DNA of 64,000 nucleotides from Octopus vulgaris (taxonomy: Eukaryota). Below the pieces are notes generated by a model. That model was not told the DNA's origin, searched no databases, and saw only the letters and a program-made list of their open reading frames with translations. The position numbers and the translations under genes are program-made. Position 1 is the first letter of the stretch. Every line of letters starts with the position of its first letter. The stretch is taken from positions 93,434,001-93,498,000 of the forward strand of contig OX597819.1 in the NCBI GenBank assembly GCA_951406725.2. Direction: 5' to 3'. Below, piece after piece: positions 26,453-39,548 of this stretch.

Positions 26453-26767
26453 GTGAAGGCGCAATGGTCCAATGGTTAGGGCAGCGGACTCGCGGTCGGA
26501 GGATCATAGTTTCGATTCCCAGACCGGGCGTTGTGTGTGTTTATTGAGCGAAAACACCCAACTCAACTTTCTCTCGCTCTTTCTTCCTGTTTCTTGTCTC
26601 CGACTTCCTACGCAACCGCTGAACCTGGATGCGCATTCATCCATCCGTCGATGCTCTCGGTGTCGGGGGTTGACCTGCTTTCTCTTCTGCAGGTCTTACA
26701 AATAGCAAAGGACCATGTTTCGGACTTCTCCCACTGGACAAAGACTGCTGCACTCAACAGCAACAGC
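26453..26767 (+). mobile_element. SINE family C with alternative tail and TSD
   Basis: Head gaaggcgcaatggtccaatggttagggcagcggactcgcggtcggaggatcatagtttcgattccc; TSD cagcctcaacagca on both sides. Confidence 0.85.
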
Positions 26768-27398
26768 AGCCTCAACAGCAATCACAATACCTTGAGATTT
26801 AATATCCATGATTTGTATTGCAGGTGAAGTTGGTAGCCCAGTGCAGGTTAGTAGTGATGCTGGGAGGTACATTTCCCAGTATCACTGTCTTTGCTATGAA
26901 AAAGATGGATCCAGGAACAAAGCTACCTCGAGACAACTGCAGGAGGCCAACATGCATTCAGTCTATTGGAAACTGCTCTAAAGCAGACAGACGCTTGTTT
27001 TGCATTCAGATTATAACTTCTTTGCCTTTGTCTTTCTGAATGCAGGCAGTTCATCTTCACCATCTTCCTAAACAGATGTTCTGACAGGTTTTGATCAACT
27101 CAAAGTACATCAGAAATCTAACCCAGAACCAAGCTAAATTTTTAAATAAATAGCCATTCCTAACTTTAACCAAACATAACTATATCAATAAATATATCCA
27201 CCAAATTTTGGGGCAGTAATTTGTTCCTGCCCCACTCATAAAACAATGAAATTCAAGCAGCAATTTATTATGTCATAAATACAAGCAGTAAATCACTGTC
27301 ATAAAAATAAAAATGTTTATTCACTAGAAAATCTTTAAAATCATAAATCTTCATTTAATATTCCTTCAGTTTTGTATAAGTCTATGATTTCTTTGTTT

Positions 27399-28327
27399 TT
27401 GGCTTACTTTTGTTCTAGTTTACAAACAAAAAAAAAAATTATAATTGGGGTTTGTTTCTCTTTTCTATATATTTGAAGTCATCAACTTAAATCAAATTTG
27501 AATATGAAAAATGTAATATATGTCAGAGATTTGAAAAATATATCTTTTATCATCATCATCAGCATCATCGTTATCAGCATCATCATCAGCAGCAGCAGCA
27601 GCATCAGCATCCTCATCATCATCACCACCATCATCATCACATTGACGTCTGTTATTCTAAGCTGGTATGAATTAGAATTTTTAGGTGAATTTTTTTTATA
27701 GCTAGATGCCCTTCCTTGATGGTGTTAACTTGTAATAACAGTATTTCAAACTGACATTAATTTATCATCTATTGTCACTGATATTACTAATGTTATGGTG
27801 GTGGCTTAGTTTAGACCAGAGGTTCTCAAACTTCTTAGGCCACAGCCCCCTTCATGGCCACATAATACCCACAGCCCCCTTCATGGCCACATAATACCCA
27901 CCCCTATTTTTATGTATAAATAAATATTTTATACTTTACTAATTTATATATATATACTATAAATCATTTGATATATAATATAATATTATATAATTTGTAT
28001 ACAATACTATGATAATATTATAAATTCATAGCATCCCCCAACTCACTGCCTCTTTGTTCTCTACCACCCCTGCAACCACTGCTCCCTTAGGCATCAGCGC
28101 CCACCAGGACTGTTTCAATGCCCACCGGCAATGATAATGACATTGACGATGATGACACTGCTGATGATGATGATGATAAAAGATATATTTTTCAAATCTC
28201 TGACATATATTACATTTTTCATATCCAAATTTGATTTAAGTTGATGACTTCAAATACATATAAAAGAGAAACAAACCCCAATCATAATATTTTTTTTTGT
28301 TTGTAAACTAGCACAAAAGTAAACCAA
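27399..28327. repeat. Long inverted repeat: arms 27399-27564 and 28159-28327, ~600-bp spacer
   Basis: tttgaagtcatcaacttaaatcaaatttgaatatgaaaaatgtaatatatgtcagagatttgaaaaatatatcttttatcatc is reverse-complemented in the right arm with few mismatches. Confidence 0.92.
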
Positions 28328-29208
28328 TGTTTTAGACCAAGCTTTATTGAACAACATACCTATAATCAAAGGCATTCCGCCTATGACAATCACATCTGTT
28401 TTAAGTGTATTTGGTACTGTGTTATCAAATATATATCCTTTAAGGTGGTAGAATGTGATTTGAAGGCGATTTGACTGCTAATTTTAGCCAGTCAAGTGAT
28501 CGTGTAGTGGCTGTTTTTGTTGGGATTTAGTTTTAGATCAGTTCTGATAGAGCTGACACTTGACCAAAGGTGTTCCAGCTGTGACCAGATATTTGAGGAG
28601 GAGAGAGACAGTCAATTACATCAAACATAGTGCTTGAATTATACATTATTTCACTGATCTGGTAAAGATGAAAGGTAAAGTCAACACCATCTGGACTTGA
28701 AATTAGAACTTGAAGAAGCAGAAATTAAATTACTTCACTGTATTTAGTCATATACCTACATGCAATTACCTACATGTTATTACCAGTTCAAATGTGCCTG
28801 TGGTATGTTTGGACTAATAAACAAGCCATTCTCTGCTATTTATCAAAGAGGAAACTTCTTGGTGTTGACAATGGTGTAAATACTCCTAGACCAGTGTAAA
28901 TACTCCACAGTGCCCCTTTCCAGACTTATATCACTGCTTAGCACTCCTACTTCATAATATACCTACATGTTTCTGTAAATCATGAGATCTACATTAATAG
29001 GTGGGTGTGTTGGCAAAATTAATAGAATGTTGGATAAGATCTTGTGGTACGTAATAATGAGTCCTTAAATTTAAATCTCACTAAAACCAATTTGCAATTC
29101 ATACCATTCAACAGTAAATAAAATAAGCCTCAATTTAGTACTGGGGTTGATTTAACTGACTGCATTATCTATATTAGAGGAGCCTTGTATCTATATTAGA
29201 AATTAATA

Positions 29209-29675
29209 GGTGCAGGCATAGCTCTGTGATAAGAAGCTTGCTTTCCAACCACATGGTTCTGGGTTCAAGCCCACTACATGGCACCTTGGGCAAGTGTCTT
29301 CTACTTTAACCTCGAGCCAACCAAAGCCTTGTGAGTGGATTTGGTAGACAGAAACTGAAAGAAGCTGTCATGTCTACACACACGCACGCACACACGCACG
29401 CACACACGCACGCACGCACGCACGCACACACACACATCTGTGTATGTCTTTGTGTCTGTGTTTGCCCTCCTGTCATCGCTTGACAGCTGATGCTGGTGTG
29501 TGTACATTCCTGTAACTTAGCAGTTTGGCAAAATAGACTGATAGAATAAGTTCCAGGCTTATAAAAATTAAGTACTGGGGTTAATACATTCGACTTGGCA
29601 AGTGCCTTCTACCATAGCCTCAGGCTGGCAAATGTCTTTTGAGTGAATTTGGTAGATTGGAAACTGTGTGGAAGC

Positions 29676-29712
<37 letters not shown>

Positions 29713-29926
29713 TTGTGTGTGCCTTTGTGTTTGTCCTCCACCAGCTGACAACCGGTGTTGGTTTGTTTATACTCCCATGACTTAGTAGTTTAGCAAAAGA
29801 GACCAATAGAGTAAGTGCCAAACTTAACAGCAATAAGTGTTGGATTTGATTTGTTTTCTGACTAAGCCCTACAAAGTGATGTCCCAGCATGGCTGCAATT
29901 CAGTGACTGAAACAAGTAAAAGATAA
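29209..29926 (+). mobile_element. Two tandem SINE family A copies (29209-29595 and 5'-truncated 29597-29926)
   Basis: Two successive body/tail motif sets. Confidence 0.85.
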
Positions 29927-30606
29927 AATATATTATAATTCACATTAAATTTGTCATCAAATTTTCTTGCTATTGTGGTTGCTTAGCTTCTCATTAGCCT
30001 CGACTAAAGAAATATTCCAATCAAAGCTGTATTTTAAATAAAACCTACAGGTCTTATTTGAATTAATGCATCCTGTAATTTTCTAAAATGGTGAGTTGTA
30101 ATTTTGCAAGAATATATTTCAACAGTTATTCAATGTAGGTTGACCATCCGAGCAGAAGCCTCATCAGTGGCTCATATTTTTATGGTCACATGAGATTTTA
30201 AACGAGATAGCTTATCATTTATTTCACTTGATTCTTGATTCCCTCTTTTGTCTGATGCTCTCTAAGGAGCAATAAACTATAGGAACAATTCGCATCACCA
30301 GCTTTGTGTATTTATTTTTGGTTGCAAAGATAAGATATACAGAGGATATGTGTGTGCATAAACTCGCGCTCATTCATACACAGACAATATATCTATCAGA
30401 CAATAAATTATGATGGTAATAATTCTAAGTGTTTGTATACAGATATATAAATATAGAGATGGTCCATTTAAGTGAATATTGCTATAAATGTGAATAGTTA
30501 TCCTTATACATATTTATAGTAGTAAGTAAACAAAGTAAATATTACTTTTGGCCATCATTTACACACAAAGTTGTACAAGCATATATAAAAATGTATGCTT
30601 CTTGTT

Positions 30607-31062
<456 letters not shown>

Positions 31063-31199
31063 TCATTTAATCATCTTTGAAAAAACTCAATATAAAGATA
31101 CCATCATATTTTTAAATTATACACAATCAAACATACACCCACATATATAATGCATACTTAACATCATCTCCATCACTATTTTTATATCCAATTTGCCAT

Positions 31200-31600
31200 G
31201 TTTTTTGCCATGTTTTTTTTTACCATGTTTGCATTGGTTAGAGGAATTTTCTCATGCACAGCATCTCATTATTTGTTTTGTTGCTATATTATATCCTTTG
31301 TGAGATTCAGAAGCCCTCCTGAAAATAGCTTTCAACATGTCTTGTCTTCCCTATTTTTTTCTCCAGTCTTAACACTTCTGCAAATTCCTTTCATATGGTG
31401 TGCTTAGCATTTGCTTACTCATCTATCATCTTCTGTATTGCATTGCATTGCATTGCAATACTACCTCAGTCCTCTCTTAAGTTCACAACATCTGATTCCA
31501 CCTTTATCTAATTTTCTCATTAGGTATGATCTGATCACCAGTGCAAATAACAAGGGCATATCCTACTTCATCAGATATTTTCACTATCTTAGCAATGCTC
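31200..31600 (-). mobile_element. RTE-clade LINE 3' end relic
   Basis: Decayed match to R.KL...GIRC....R.LRWYGHV...GR..KTW and tail ctaaccaatgcaaacatgg. Confidence 0.55.
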
Positions 31601-31989
31601 ACTAATGACCTACTACTTTTCCTTACCTTCATCCCCTTAATTATGCTTTCAACATTGTAACTCTCAACATCAGTAGATGGTCCCTAAATTGGGTTTCCTT
31701 GAGGAAGTCTCTCTCTTCCTCTTCTTCATTATCTTTTCCCTCTCTCTCACCCTCTCACACTCTCTCATACCTTGTTCCATTTTCTTCATTTAGCAGCTTA
31801 GCAACCTCCTTGTAACATTACTATGCTTTTGATCATATCCAATAGAGCAAGTGGACCATTATTACTCTTCTCTACTTTCCCCAATGAAGTGATTCATAGT
31901 GATATGGTGGTTTACAATTTGAAACGCCTCTTATTTGACTCTAACCTTGCTACAACTGCAGATCTAGTCTGTACCTTGCAACAAGTTTC

Positions 31990-32345
31990 ACAGAAACTCC
32001 CACTTATTTTTATCTTCTTCTTCTCATAGATGTCAATTAGTACTCCTTTGAACATACATCTGGCCAAAGAATCTTGCAGCTTCCACATTTTCTCTAGATT
32101 GTTTTGTGTCTCTGAGGTCATCTAGCTCTTACCTTGAGTTCACTGATCACAAGCTTATACTGAGTGGTATACGTTCCCCAGGGGTATCTTACTCACAATC
32201 AGTTGCTTTTCTCTTTCTCAGTGAATATGAAGTCTAACTGGTATGTTCATTTGATTTGTAGATGGTCACATTACTGGCCTGTTTCCTGATGTTAACATTG
32301 CAAATAACTGGTTTAAGTGCATCACAAAACTCAAAGAGCTTTGAT
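31990..32345 (-). mobile_element. RTE-clade LINE AP-endonuclease relic
   Basis: LFEFCDA...ICNVNIRK.AS...IYKS..HTS..DFI...YKLVISEL, the C-terminal APE motifs, with stops. Confidence 0.65.
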
Positions 32346-34175
32346 ACCAAGTACATAGCCTCCAGGTATATCAGTGTAGCAATCATGTCCATTTAAGTTA
32401 TCAGTCATGATAATGAGGCCACTGTCATACATTACTGAATTAATCTGCCAGAGAATCTAATAGCAATGGCCTTTCTGCTTGTTTGTCAGTTCAGACTGCA
32501 AAGCATGTGGAGATAGACTCTGTGTTGTAAATTACTTTTTTAAATTTAATTACTCAGTCACACATTCTGACAACCTCAGTTACTTTATTTATTAATTTTA
32601 TTTCCAGCAATATGCCAACTCTACTCACTCTATAGCTGTTGCACATCTAAAAGAATTTGTACTTATCTTCATTGCCTGTGCTGATTTTGCAGCAGCCATT
32701 CTCAATGCTATTTATTGTACACAATATGCTTTTACCTATCTCCACTTTACCACAACTACAATCTCACTACAGCTAAAAGTTTTACACCTGACAGGGAGAG
32801 AAGAGTTCCAGGTGGTAGGTGGGTCGTTTGATGTCTATTTCCTGAATCTGAAAGGAAGAGGGTTGGTGTGTTGTTTGATGACAGTTAATGAGTTCTCAAA
32901 TATGACCAAATGTTTTCACTTGACTCCCTTACTACTGTGTACAGTATTATGATGGTGTTAGTCCTGTGGATACAAAAAGTATTTTTTTCATTGTATTTGT
33001 AACTGTTGTGATTGAGGTATGTTTTTTGGTTTGATGCTCTTCCTATTGTCAACAGACTTTAAAACATGGACTGGCATTTAATCATGTCATAAACACCAGC
33101 AAGGTTATATGTTGGGGCTAAAGTGTCTTCTTAAAGTTGCAATACTTTTATTTTTTAACATTACTAGTCTCCTGGAAAGGTTACCTTTAATGTAGCTTAG
33201 AAAATCTGTGTCATTCATCCATAAAGAATTTTATTCAATTCAGAATTTCTACTCTCTGAAAACAAGTTGCTTTTACAGCAGCTTGTGAAACCTACTTCTT
33301 TCCAATACAGATTCCATTATGCTCTCCTTGTCAAGACATCACTATGACTGAGAAACCACATTTCTACATAAAGCTACTGGAGGAGAGCACAATGTAGTGG
33401 TAGAAAGGAGAAGCTTACAATAGATTGAAGAATTTGTTTAGAGTATATAAATTCCTTGAAATGATGGTGGAGTTGCAGTAGGCTGGTGGATTTGTTTTAA
33501 GTGTCAATATCCTTTAGATTGTATTGTGGTGACACATCTCTGTGTAATGTAGGCAGAGTGCAGTATTTAAATACCAGTCACTGGGTCTCTCCTGGAGTTG
33601 ATTCCATACTTCTGTCTGGAGAAGATGGGTAAGAATGTGTTTCCATGGTACAAAGCATTTAGGTGAGAGTCAGTGTGGCACTAGCTTAAAAAAGATATGT
33701 GGAGATTACCTTGCAAGTAATTGGGCATACATACATACATACATGCATATATATATATATATATATATATATACATGCATACATAAATACATACATACAG
33801 TCATACAGACAGGCAGACAAACATACATACATATTAAATCAGGGTTAGAAAATATCTTGATTTGATCTTGAGAATATATCTTTATATAAATACGTATACA
33901 TTTATATCAATACATGTACATATATATTTGTGTGTATGTATGTGTGTGTGTGTGGTGTGTGTGTGTGTGTGTGTGGTGCATTTGCAAATGATCATGTGTT
34001 TACCTTTCACATTATAACCAGATCATCTCTTCCTAATCACATTTACATTACTAACAGGAAAAGGATGAACTAATTTAACACTAGACTAGCTAGAATGTAA
34101 CAAATTATACAAACATCAAATAGCACTATATCTTCTCCTTTTCTCAATTTCTTTTCTTCCTTCTTTCTTGTTCTC

Positions 34176-34225
<50 letters not shown>

Positions 34226-34513
34226 TTAGCTTCACCTCACTTCTTCATATATTCAGATCTAATTATTAACAAATGAATCAAGAACCAACTAAACGAAGCA
34301 TATCAACATACAGATAGTTATTCCTTGCAGTTAATCTGTAAACTGAAATACAACTTACCATTCTACCAAGAGCAACTATTAGCGTTTTTACTCATAATTC
34401 CAGATTTGCCACCGTTCCCAGCTTATTACTTCAAAGTAAATAACTCTCACTCATTTCGTTTTTTTTCATTAAATTTAATTATTAAAAACATTTCAATTTA
34501 AAAATTCTTGTAC

Positions 34514-34663
34514 AGGTGTAGCTGTGTAGTAAGAAGCTTCCCAACTACATGATTCCAGGTTCAGTCCCATTGTGTGGCATCTGGGGCAAAGTGTCTTCTA
34601 CTATAGCCACAGGCTGAACAAAGCTTTGTGAGTGGATTTGGTAGATGGAAACTCAAAGAAGCA
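34514..34663 (+). mobile_element. SINE family A 5' half
   Basis: Head and body up to gaaactcaaagaagc. Confidence 0.8.
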
Positions 34664-34899
34664 GGACTTACATATATATATATATATATATATATAAATT
34701 GTATAAAATATTTTTATACATCGAGAGGAGACCATTGACAGGACTCCTTACATGCTAGAAAGGGTAGTTAAAATCCAAACCATGAAAAAGGAATTCATGA
34801 GGCACACTGTTACGACACTAGAATGAACAAAAAATAAATTAGTTAATCCCAAACTCAAGTTTCTCTAATATTTGTTGAATAAATACATTATGCGATACA

Positions 34900-35310
34900 T
34901 TATTTGCGCCATGTGGAAAATATTTCACCAATATTATCCAAATGATATTGGCATTATGTTTAATTCACCCAAGACTAGACCCCTGTGCAATGCGTCCCCT
35001 ACAAAGGTCATAAGAACATTGTAACACAATTTCTTCACTACAAATGGTCCTGCACTTTTCAATGTTATCCCAAAAGAAATTAAAGTAGGAAAAGACCCCA
35101 CAACTTTCAAACAGTACCTGGACAAATTCCTCCAGGAAATACTGGATAAACCACCTATACCTGGATGCATCTCAACCAACAACAATTCTCTGCTTGAGTG
35201 GTCCATAGTGTCCCAAAATAATTAACTAATAGACTTTTCCAGGTGGTGCTATTGAATTAGTAATGACCTGGGCTGATAATGGCTAAAACCAACCTAAGTT
35301 ATCTAAGTTA
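34900..35310 (+). mobile_element. CR1-group LINE 3' end relic
   Basis: HNFFTTNGPALFNVIPKEIK..KDPTTFKQYLDKFLQEILDKPPIPG....NNNSLLEW. Confidence 0.8.
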
Positions 35311-35317
35311 TATATAT

Positions 35318-35550
35318 ATCATCATCATCATTTAACGTCCGTTGTCCATGCTGGCATGGATTCGATAGTTTGACTGGGCTGGCATGCTGGAAGGCTGCAC
35401 CAGACTCCCATCTGATTTGGCATGGTTTTCTGTGGCTGAATGCCCTTGGTAATGCCAACCACTCCGAGAGTGTAATGGGTGATTTTACATGTCACCAGCA
35501 TGTAAAATGGTATCTGCCACAACTGCAATTTTGCTCAGTTTGATGGGTCT
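35318..35550 (-). mobile_element. Short retroposon family D (RTE-like tail ending in (GAT)n)
   Basis: catcatcatttaacgtccgttgtccatgctggcatgg...tgcccttggtaatgccaaccactccgagagtg; reverse of 47620-47850 and 49905-50280. Confidence 0.75.
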
Positions 35551-35556
35551 TCTTCT

Positions 35557-35935
35557 CAAGGTGCAGTGAATATATTGTTGTCTAAATTACACAAAAATGA
35601 AAATAACACTGACATCTCCTTTTAACAAATATATTTGCCAAAATTACATAAAAATATTTTGAAATACTAAAGAGTAAATTTATTCAATAAACTCATTATT
35701 GGCTTCAACCAAAGCCTGCAGACAACTTTGGAATCTCCTGCAACTCTTCTGGACGTTTGCCTTGTTTAAGTTGGGGCCATAATCCTTGCCTTCAGTTCAC
35801 CGTTGGTATTACAAGGAGTTTTGTTGGTCTCTCACTCAACTGTGCCCCACACATAATAATCAAGGGGGTTAAATAGTCTGAGGAGTTAGGTTGCCAGATG
35901 TTAGGGGTGATGTGGGTGCAGAAATTGTCTGACCA
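35557..35935 (-). mobile_element. Tc1/mariner (DD37D/maT-like) 3' fragment with TIR
   Basis: SDNFCTHITPNIWQPNSSD..PLDYYVWGTVE*ETNKTPCNTNGELKARIM...VQKSCRRFQSCLQALVEANNEFIE*; TIR caaggtgcagtgaatatattgttgtc resembles the terminus at 11345. Confidence 0.85.
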
Positions 35936-36039
35936 TCATAACAAGCAATATTAAATCTCTGAGCGAGAAGTAAACAGTAGCAGCACGGAATCACAAAATA
36001 TATTTGCCAACTAACTGTGGTAGTCCCATATATACACAT

Positions 36040-36073
<34 letters not shown>

Positions 36074-36626
36074 TATATATTTCATCTTATAAGAAAAAGG
36101 CCTGTTGTAAACTCAGAGTCTTAGCCCGCTGCCATCCTGTAGATGTTTAGAATTAATTTTGTGTCATAGTGTATACAACAGAAGTAATTTTCTAGTGCAA
36201 AGTATATAAATATGTCTGGTAAAAACTGCACAAATATTCATGGATAAACTAGTTTTTCGTTTTGCACAAGAAAGCCATATTTAGTGAAATGAATTACACT
36301 GGCTATTACAAATTGTTTGGCCTATCATGAGTTGTGATTCGATTTGGATGTTATTCATGGAAAGTATACGTACAGCAATATGGTTATTTATCTTCAGATG
36401 TTATGAAGCTCTCTATTCATCGAAGATGTGCTAATCTGGTCGGTAGCATTTGAAGGTTACATGTGAACCACAATAACTGTATGCATGAAGTGAGAAATGG
36501 CTGCTTAATGGTGTTATTAGTGTACAGGTAGTAACATAAGCATATGAGCTGCTTCACTATCAAAGGGATTCTATATTTAACGATGCCAAAACTTTCGTCC
36601 AGTTCAGGATTGTAGACCTTCTCGAA

Positions 36627-36723
36627 ATATATCTTCTTTTTCTCTCACATAGCTGTTGATTCAGTATCATAATTATAGCTTTATATTGTACAAGTATTTA
36701 CTCCTTGGATTGAAATATTTAGC
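36627..36723. repeat. ~97-bp direct duplication, copy 1 (copy 2 at 37899-37995)
   Basis: atatatcttctttttctctcacatag..tgttgattcagtatcataattatagctttatattgtacaagtattta.tccttgg.ttgaaatatttag occurs twice. Confidence 0.9.
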
Positions 36724-36837
36724 TGCATTTAGATTTGTAAGTATTTCAAGTTAGTTATATTAATGTCTAATATTACTGGTTCTGTTTAAGAGTTAACATC
36801 AATAAGTACATTTTTAGCATCTAAGGTTTATCTTTTT

Positions 36838-37175
36838 GTTTTACTTTTTGCTTGCTTCACTCATTACATTGCAGTCATGCTGGGACATCACCTTGAAGTG
36901 TTTAGTCGAACAAAATGACCTAATACTTATTTTATTGGTCTCGTTTTCTGAACCGCTAAGTTACACAGATATATAGACAAGCTAATACTGGTCGTCTAGT
37001 GGTGGTAGGTATAGACGCAAAGATACAAACACATACACACGCAATGAGCTTTTACTCTGTTTCTGTCTACAAAAATTAAATACGCAAAGCATTGGTAACT
37101 GCCATGCAGTGGGACTGAACCTATAGCAATATAGTTGCCGTGAGCTTTCTTAACAACACAGTCATGTCTATGCAT
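36838..37175 (-). mobile_element. SINE family A, decayed
   Basis: Reverse similarity to family A tail and head. Confidence 0.7.
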
Positions 37176-37412
37176 ATAAAAGTCAAAAGCCACTCTTGGG
37201 ACTTGAACCCACATCTTCTATGGTCATAACAAATGTGCTACCATACTATGCTAAAGAAAGCAATAATTATGTTACAGCCCCTGTAACAAACTGGGAGAAA
37301 AATCACCGAAAAGGTTGCAGATTGCAATGAAAGAACTTTGACAAATGAACCAAAAACAAAAACAATTTGCCGTTTAACCAACAATTGATTGATCAGTTGG
37401 TTAGATACATAT

Positions 37413-37558
37413 TTACCCTTTAGCATTTAAACTGGCCATATCAGACCAAAATAATCTATCTGTTTTGTCTTCAAGCTGGCCAGATCTGGCCTCTCACAAT
37501 TATCTTACAATATTATTCTAAAAATAAACCATCATATCATTGAAATCTCAAAGCTACA
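37413..37558 (-). mobile_element. piggyBac-type MITE fragment
   Basis: ccctttagcatttaaactggccata...; reverse similarity to 53108-53326. Confidence 0.7.
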
Positions 37559-37743
37559 GGTTCGTTTTCCATGGGTTCGCAAATGAGATTTGAGCCCAGC
37601 AAAAGAAAGGCATTGTCTGTCACAAACTGTGCACACTAAAAGGTCATTGTGATTCACCTTGATCATAACATTCTTCCTTAAATCTCTCTTACGTCTTGCA
37701 TGCATTATCCTGGCCTCTTCAAATGCTTTCACTCCACTCCACA

Positions 37744-37745
<2 letters not shown>
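37555..37745 (-). mobile_element. RTE-clade LINE C-terminal zinc-finger fragment
   Basis: W.GVKAFEEARI...RKR..RK...CTVCDRQCLSFAGLKSHLRTH, the typical C2H2-like RTE ORF terminus. Confidence 0.8.
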
Positions 37746-37790
<45 letters not shown>

Positions 37791-37861
37791 AAAAATAAGG
37801 TATTCAGAGTTCTGGATGGTTGTACATATACAAATATTTATTAACATGTCATATGTTTTTA

Positions 37862-37905
37862 CAAATCACATATTTTCATCTACTCTAGTAGATTCTTCAT
37901 ATATC
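37862..37905 (-). ncRNA. Degenerate hammerhead-like motif
   Basis: AUGAAGA-AUCUAC(UAGA)GUAGAU-GAA-AAUAUGU-G; perfect stem II but C3, stem III and H17 defective. Confidence 0.35.
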
Positions 37906-38063
37906 TTCTTTTTCTCTCACATAGATTGTTGATTCAGTATCATAATTATAGCTTTATATTGTACAAGTATTTATTCCTTGGCTTGAAATATTTAGTAACT
38001 GGGAACGTTTTGTGTGCGACAAATCCTTTCTAGTTCAGGCTTCCACCATTGGAAGCCAATTGT

Positions 38064-38109
38064 TGCAACACTCAGGCATGAGTTTGCCGACTGGCATCAT
38101 CAGCTGAAG
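38064..38109 (-). ncRNA. Degenerate hammerhead-like motif
   Basis: CUUCAG-CUGAUGA-UGCC(AGUC)GGC-AA-ACUCA(UGCC)UGAGU-G-UUG; intact CUGAUGA and perfect stems II and III, but G12 missing and G at the cleavage site. Confidence 0.4.
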
Positions 38110-38728
38110 TCATACTAACACATGGTGCATTTTTGTTTTGCCATGCTTCTCCCCTGTTCATCGATTTTTGCAATGGCTGAAAAGTATAGACTTTCAGTAA
38201 GAAACTCTTATAAAATACTAGAAATTTCAAGTATGCACAGATATTTACTTGTACTTCATATGTGGTTTTCTCTGTGTATGTTTCAATTCATAATTTCTGG
38301 GAAGTGTTTACATTTTGATCAGCTTCTGATACAGACCTTCAAAATGTATATTGAGATTTTACATCAACTTGGTGTCTTCACAGAAGATTTCTGTTTTAGA
38401 CTGAACAGAGCTTCATTCTAAACTATTTTCTCTAACATATAATGGTGTGGCTGCTTTCTATTTATAAACTGTTTAAATTTAGAATATTTACATTAACCTT
38501 CAACACTTCACATACCCAAAAGTTGCCTGTTTCATATGCACCTTCTCACTAAAAGATATATTACCATAGTAATATAAATGAATTAAAAATACCAAGAACA
38601 ATTCACATTACCATTCCATAAGCAATGAATAAATTTCTACATATTTTATACATATATTTGTATTTACTTTTTATATTATCAAAGGAAAAAACATATTAAA
38701 TTATATATGTATAGACATACACACGCAC

Positions 38729-38759
<31 letters not shown>

Positions 38760-39548
38760 AATACATGTGTGTATGTGTATGATATTTTATACATGATTAA
38801 CTGGATGTCAAATCTTCATTTCTTTAACTATCAATCAAATTTTATTATCATAAACTCATTTGATATTCTAATTTAATCTTCAAAATATATGCATAAGCCT
38901 CGTATATACACACATATACATTGACAAATTAAATGATAGCTGTATTTCCATACATATGATTTCATGGATCTGTGAACATGTGCAACCAGATATGTCAAAT
39001 CATGTATGATAATGCTATATAGCCATTTTTTGTGTGTTTGTTTAAGTGCGGACACCTACACAAATACGCACACATATACATATACATATGGATGTTTGTG
39101 TATATATATAAATATATATATGTATATAGATAGAGAGAGAGAGAGAGAGAGAGCATGGAGGGGAAAGACACACACCTGTATGTGTATATGCATGTGTTAT
39201 GTATATGTATGTGTATATATAAATTGTTTATAATCTGCTAAATGCAATTTGAGATTAAATATAACTAGCAGAGCCATAAATTGCTGGATTAATATGCATC
39301 GATTTATGTTAAATACTTTATTTGCCAACATAACTTGTATTTTCATCATTACCATTAGTTTAAGATATATATATGATGTTGTTTGAAATATGTACATGAA
39401 TTGTGAGTGTGTTTGTGTGTGGTGGGGGTATTTGTGTGCGTAATATACACATATATTAATCTAAGCAGCTTCAGAAGGCCTTCAAAGCCATGGTTCACTG
39501 CCCCTTCCTCCAGCCAAACCAATAAAAAATATAAACACTTAAAATATA

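Noticed and set aside
26455-26530. tRNA gene (also heads at 39549 and 61920-61992)
   Set aside because: A/B-box-like heads continue into SINE bodies and tails with TSDs; no complete cloverleaf.
28760-28860. Possible GIY-YIG relic (YYQFKCACG)
   Set aside because: Too short and decayed to support.
37532-37744. Host C2H2 zinc-finger gene
   Set aside because: Single finger preceded by the RTE C-terminal motif; retrotransposon relic.
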